The notes under the pieces: model-generated
The model's input: the letters and a program-made list of their open reading frames with translations, nothing else
Database searches by the model: none
Told to the model about the DNA's origin: nothing
DNA from: a virus
Taxonomy: Duplodnaviria; Caudoviricetes
Reading direction: 5' to 3' (one strand)
DNA: 57,058 bases
Virus record (IMG/VR): IMGVR_UViG_3300032236_000596
Location: 1 to 57,058 of that record
Program-made: the position numbers and the translations under genes
Shown: positions 53,941 through 57,058 of the stretch, one piece after another
Position numbering within the stretch: the stretch's first letter is position 1
Layout: every line of letters starts with the position of its first letter

Positions 53941-55452
53941 CTAGGCGATAGTTACAACAGCGCCGCTGTCGTACTGGCTAATACGGATAACTACGAATTC
54001 AGCAGGGCGCTGTAGGGCGACACCAATTTCGATGTTTACTTCGCCGTTGTCGATAGATGCCGAAGTGTTGTTCTCGGCGTCGCACTTAACGAAGAAGGCT
54101 GCTGATGGGGTAGCGCCACGGAGGCCGCCCTGACTCCAGAAATCAGTCAGGAATGCGTTTACCGAAGCGGTGATTCGACGCCATAGACGGAAGTCGTTTG
54201 GCTCGAAGATTGCGAACTGGGTGAGGTCGCTGAGTGCCTTGTTCAAGTAAATCAGGCTGCGGCTGACCGATACATAGCGGTCTGCGTAGCCAGGCTTAAT
54301 TGTACGAGCGCCCATAATTACGATGCCTGAGCCAGCTACGTAACGGATTGCGTTAACAGGGGCGTAAACGGTGCCGTTGTAGGTTCCACTGTTAAGAGCG
54401 TCCAGGTCAGCGTTGGTCAGCGGAGCTACCGAGACAACACCCGAGATGCGAGTGCCCAAGCCTGCAGGAGACTTGAATACGCCGCGCGAGGCGTCGGTTG
54501 CAACAATCTGGCCAACTACTGCTCCACCAGAAGGTACAACCTTAGTTGCGCCAACTGCCGAAGTGGTAGGGTCTGGAATGGTCAGGCTAGGGTAGTAGAC
54601 CGCTACCTGCGATGAGGTAGTGTAGGCTCCAGCCAGGGTGAGCTGAGCCGATACGGTGTCCACGATAGGGTCAACTACCAGGAAGATATCGTTACGAGCG
54701 TCGATGTAAGTAATAACGCTGTTGATATCAGTCGAGTCGGTTAGGCCAGGGATGTTCAATACCATCGGGGTGTTGATGGTGTCAAACGCGCTCACGCCGG
54801 CTGCAATGTTTGCAGTGGTAAGAGCAGTTCCGTTCGAGCCGCTAGATAGCGACAGGTTGCTAGCAGTAGCAGGGTTGTCGGTCGACTGGTAGCTGTCGCT
54901 TGCGTTTGCGTCTGAAGCAGTCAGGTACGCAGACGAACCATTGATTACGTGGATTGCGTAACGGGTGTCTGCGACGTTCATGCTGATGTCAGTAAAGCGC
55001 TCTACGATGTTGGCCGCGCCGCTGCCGCCGCTGTAAACTACGAGGTCAAAGTAGTCTGCACCGAGGGTCGAGGCAAGGATGCTGACGTTGAGGGCATTGC
55101 CCCAAGCGCCTACGCTCTTTGCGGTCAGGGTCAAAGTAGCTGCTGGCGAACCGTTAGTGTCATTAAAGGTACGGTGAGCTGCTACAGCATCGCTAGCTAC
55201 TACACGGGTAATGTAGCACTGGCTTCCGCCGTTCGAGAAGAACAAGTAAACAGCGGTGGTTACGTCATTGTTGGTGCCCCACGAGCCGAAGAGGCTAGTG
55301 TATTGCGACCACGATGATACTAGGGTAGGAACGGTAGGGCCCTTGTCAGTTGCGCCCATGAAGGCTGCAACAGAGGTAGAGGCTGAACCGGCTACTGGCG
55401 GAATAAGGTTGAGGGATTCCTCAACGTATACGCCTGGACGTAGGTACGTCAT
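53941..55452 (-). CDS. Tail sheath protein
   Basis: RPGVYVEE, GVFKSPAG, FEPND and PAEFVVIRI. Confidence 0.95.
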   Translation of the reverse strand: MTYLRPGVYVEESLNLIPPVAGSASTSVAAFMGATDKGPTVPTLVSSWSQYTSLFGSWGTNNDVTTAVYLFFSNGGSQCYITRVVASDAVAAHRTFNDTNGSPAATLTLTAKSVGAWGNALNVSILASTLGADYFDLVVYSGGSGAANIVERFTDISMNVADTRYAIHVINGSSAYLTASDANASDSYQSTDNPATASNLSLSSGSNGTALTTANIAAGVSAFDTINTPMVLNIPGLTDSTDINSVITYIDARNDIFLVVDPIVDTVSAQLTLAGAYTTSSQVAVYYPSLTIPDPTTSAVGATKVVPSGGAVVGQIVATDASRGVFKSPAGLGTRISGVVSVAPLTNADLDALNSGTYNGTVYAPVNAIRYVAGSGIVIMGARTIKPGYADRYVSVSRSLIYLNKALSDLTQFAIFEPNDFRLWRRITASVNAFLTDFWSQGGLRGATPSAAFFVKCDAENNTSASIDNGEVNIEIGVALQRPAEFVVIRISQYDSGAVVTIA

Positions 55453-55496
55453 TGGGGTTTCTCCTTGTCAATAGGGTTAAGAGGGGGTAACGAATA

Positions 55497-56108
55497 TTAA
55501 ATTGGTTGTAGGTCGATTGGGATATGAGTCGGGTTGTTGTTGATGACGACGGTCTCAGCGACTCCTAGCTGGGCGTAGGCTGCTGCGTTTCCTTCGCTGG
55601 TCACAGAAATCGTGAACACATTGCGGTACAGGCGCTTCTCGTCCTGGACCAGGTCCCGTTTCTGGAACTCTTCCAACATCATGTGACGGTAAGTCACGTT
55701 GGTACCCGCGTCATCTGGGATGGGCAGGTAGCCTTGCTTTGCTGGAAAAATGTTATTAAGAATGTATGCCGAAATCTGGCGGTCGTGGACCGGGTGGCGA
55801 GAGTAGGTAACTACCTGGTACATGATGTCGTAGGAGACAGGAACCGAGTAACGGTATACAACGCCGTCTGCCTCAACCTGGGTGCCCTGCTTGGTGGTGT
55901 CATAGACCACGCCAGACATCTGGCGGTAGTTAGCCCAGTTGACATCCAGCATCTCAATAGTGATAAATGGGAAGGTCTGGGCACGGAGCTCAACGTCAGG
56001 AGTAGCAAACCAAACGCCAACCGAGCGGTTGGAGTTCTTTTCATCGCTGACGGTGATGCCCTGAAGAACTGCCTTGAGGGCCTCATCTTCGCTGAGTAGG
56101 AAACTCAC
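55497..56108 (-). CDS. Tail completion / terminator-like protein
   Basis: Upstream of the sheath; FPFITIE and YDIMYQV. Confidence 0.6.
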   Translation of the reverse strand: MSFLLSEDEALKAVLQGITVSDEKNSNRSVGVWFATPDVELRAQTFPFITIEMLDVNWANYRQMSGVVYDTTKQGTQVEADGVVYRYSVPVSYDIMYQVVTYSRHPVHDRQISAYILNNIFPAKQGYLPIPDDAGTNVTYRHMMLEEFQKRDLVQDEKRLYRNVFTISVTSEGNAAAYAQLGVAETVVINNNPTHIPIDLQPI

Positions 56109-56428
56109 AGTAGACCCCCGTTATCGTCTAGGTAGCTGACTGCCATCTGAGCCAGTGAATCTTCTACAGCGCCCGAATTATTATTAAAGAACTTTCTGAA
56201 CACCGACGCCGCAGGGGTAGAGATTGTGCCGTACTCCAGGTCCTCTACCTCTTTGGTAATTGACTCAGGGTAGGAAATACTAATGGCCGATTCGGTAACT
56301 ACGACGCTGAGCTGAAGAACAATGTTGGCAGGCCAGTCTGCAGCGAGCGCGGCGGCGCGTAGAGCATCAGTCAGAGACTTTTCAATCTCTGCTGCGTTGG
56401 GGATTGTGCCTTTGCCAAAGCCGGTCAT
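56105..56428 (-). CDS. Hypothetical virion protein
   Basis: Coupled ORF; DLEYG. Confidence 0.65.
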   Translation of the reverse strand: MTGFGKGTIPNAAEIEKSLTDALRAAALAADWPANIVLQLSVVVTESAISISYPESITKEVEDLEYGTISTPAASVFRKFFNNNSGAVEDSLAQMAVSYLDDNGGLL

Positions 56429-56592
56429 TTACCAGCCTTGCGCCCAGATGACTTACCCACAATAAAACTGATTGCCAGCCCTGCTAGTAGCGATGCGCCA
56501 TTGGCTTTACCAGCCGCTGATTGCGCGAACCCGCGGATGAAGTCCGCCTCGGTAGGCTTAGAGACCTTACGGTCTTTGTCGTTATTCGACAT
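56425..56592 (-). CDS. Small hydrophobic protein
   Basis: ATG at 56592 after a GGAG SD; coupled to the next gene. Confidence 0.55.
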   Translation of the reverse strand: MSNNDKDRKVSKPTEADFIRGFAQSAAGKANGASLLAGLAISFIVGKSSGRKAGK

Positions 56593-56718
56593 TTCAGTCT
56601 CCAGTGGAGTAAGCAGGGTACAGCGCAAGGGTAGAGCAGCCTCCGCATGAGGCTAATACCAGAATAAAGAAAAACCCCCGCTATTTATGGCTAAACAGCG
56701 GGGGCTTGGGGGCTTTAT

Positions 56719-56928
56719 TTACTTCTTGCCCATGACCTTCTTGGCGAGAGCCTTGTCCTTCTTCTCGTCCTCAGCCTTGGACATCTTCTTGTTCTTGTCC
56801 ATCTTCTTGTCGCCCTTTTCAAAGGCGGCCTTCTGCTTAGGGGTCATGCTCTTCTCAAGCTTCTTGTCGGCCTTCTCGTCAGCCTTTGAGCCAGCCCAGG
56901 CCTTCTTGGTGTCTTTCTTAGTTGCCAT
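56719..56928 (-). CDS. Lys/Asp-rich small protein
   Basis: AAGGAG SD; followed by a terminator at about 56670-56705. Confidence 0.7.
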   Translation of the reverse strand: MATKKDTKKAWAGSKADEKADKKLEKSMTPKQKAAFEKGDKKMDKNKKMSKAEDEKKDKALAKKVMGKK

Positions 56929-57058
56929 TGTTTGGCTCCTTTTCCTTGTTCTTACCGCAGGTGCAGTTTCCGTTGCACATACCTTCTCCTAGTTGTCGAA
57001 GTCTTCTATTGCTTTTTTGATTACTGCTGAACGGGTGTTCAGGCGCTTATTTGCTGGG

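Noticed and set aside
41337-56108. Bacterial eCIS/T6SS locus
   Set aside because: It is contiguous with phage replication genes, tRNAs and a tape measure gene, which fits a myovirus tail.

Overview
A 57-kb internal fragment of a tailed dsDNA phage with a contractile tail (myovirus). The host is inferred to be an actinobacterium, from WhiB, NrdH, an MSMEG_6728-type glycosylase, a parS site and NrdR boxes. No capsid, terminase, portal or integrase gene is recognisable in the window. Bases 1-10.5 kb are a + strand, early-type arm of short units: DUF932, an Xis/AlpA-like HTH, small acidic paralogues, a MoxR AAA+/vWA pair and a pyrimidine-dimer glycosylase. Bases 10.6-57 kb are almost all - strand: a nucleotide-modification-like module, recombination and replication genes (RuvC, Cas4-like, RecA, PolA, SSB, SNF2, primase, DnaB, DnaC), two tRNAs, a + strand lysis pair and the baseplate, tape measure, tube and sheath genes. 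The most unusual signal is non-coding. Five 81-86-bp palindromic elements have conserved outer arms, copy-specific but perfectly paired inner arms, and loops in both orientations. Each lies between a terminator-like hairpin and 11-bp-phased CCTGTGA boxes. Other notable items are a candidate anti-Shine-Dalgarno small RNA, a parS-like site, tandem NrdR boxes over a promoter driving a gene that seems to start at ATC, an 18-bp junction repeat linking mini-genes, an HNH insertion that replaced a gene's 3' end, and a probable +1 frameshift in the tail chaperone. All calls come from reading the sequence and recognising motifs; no searches were run.
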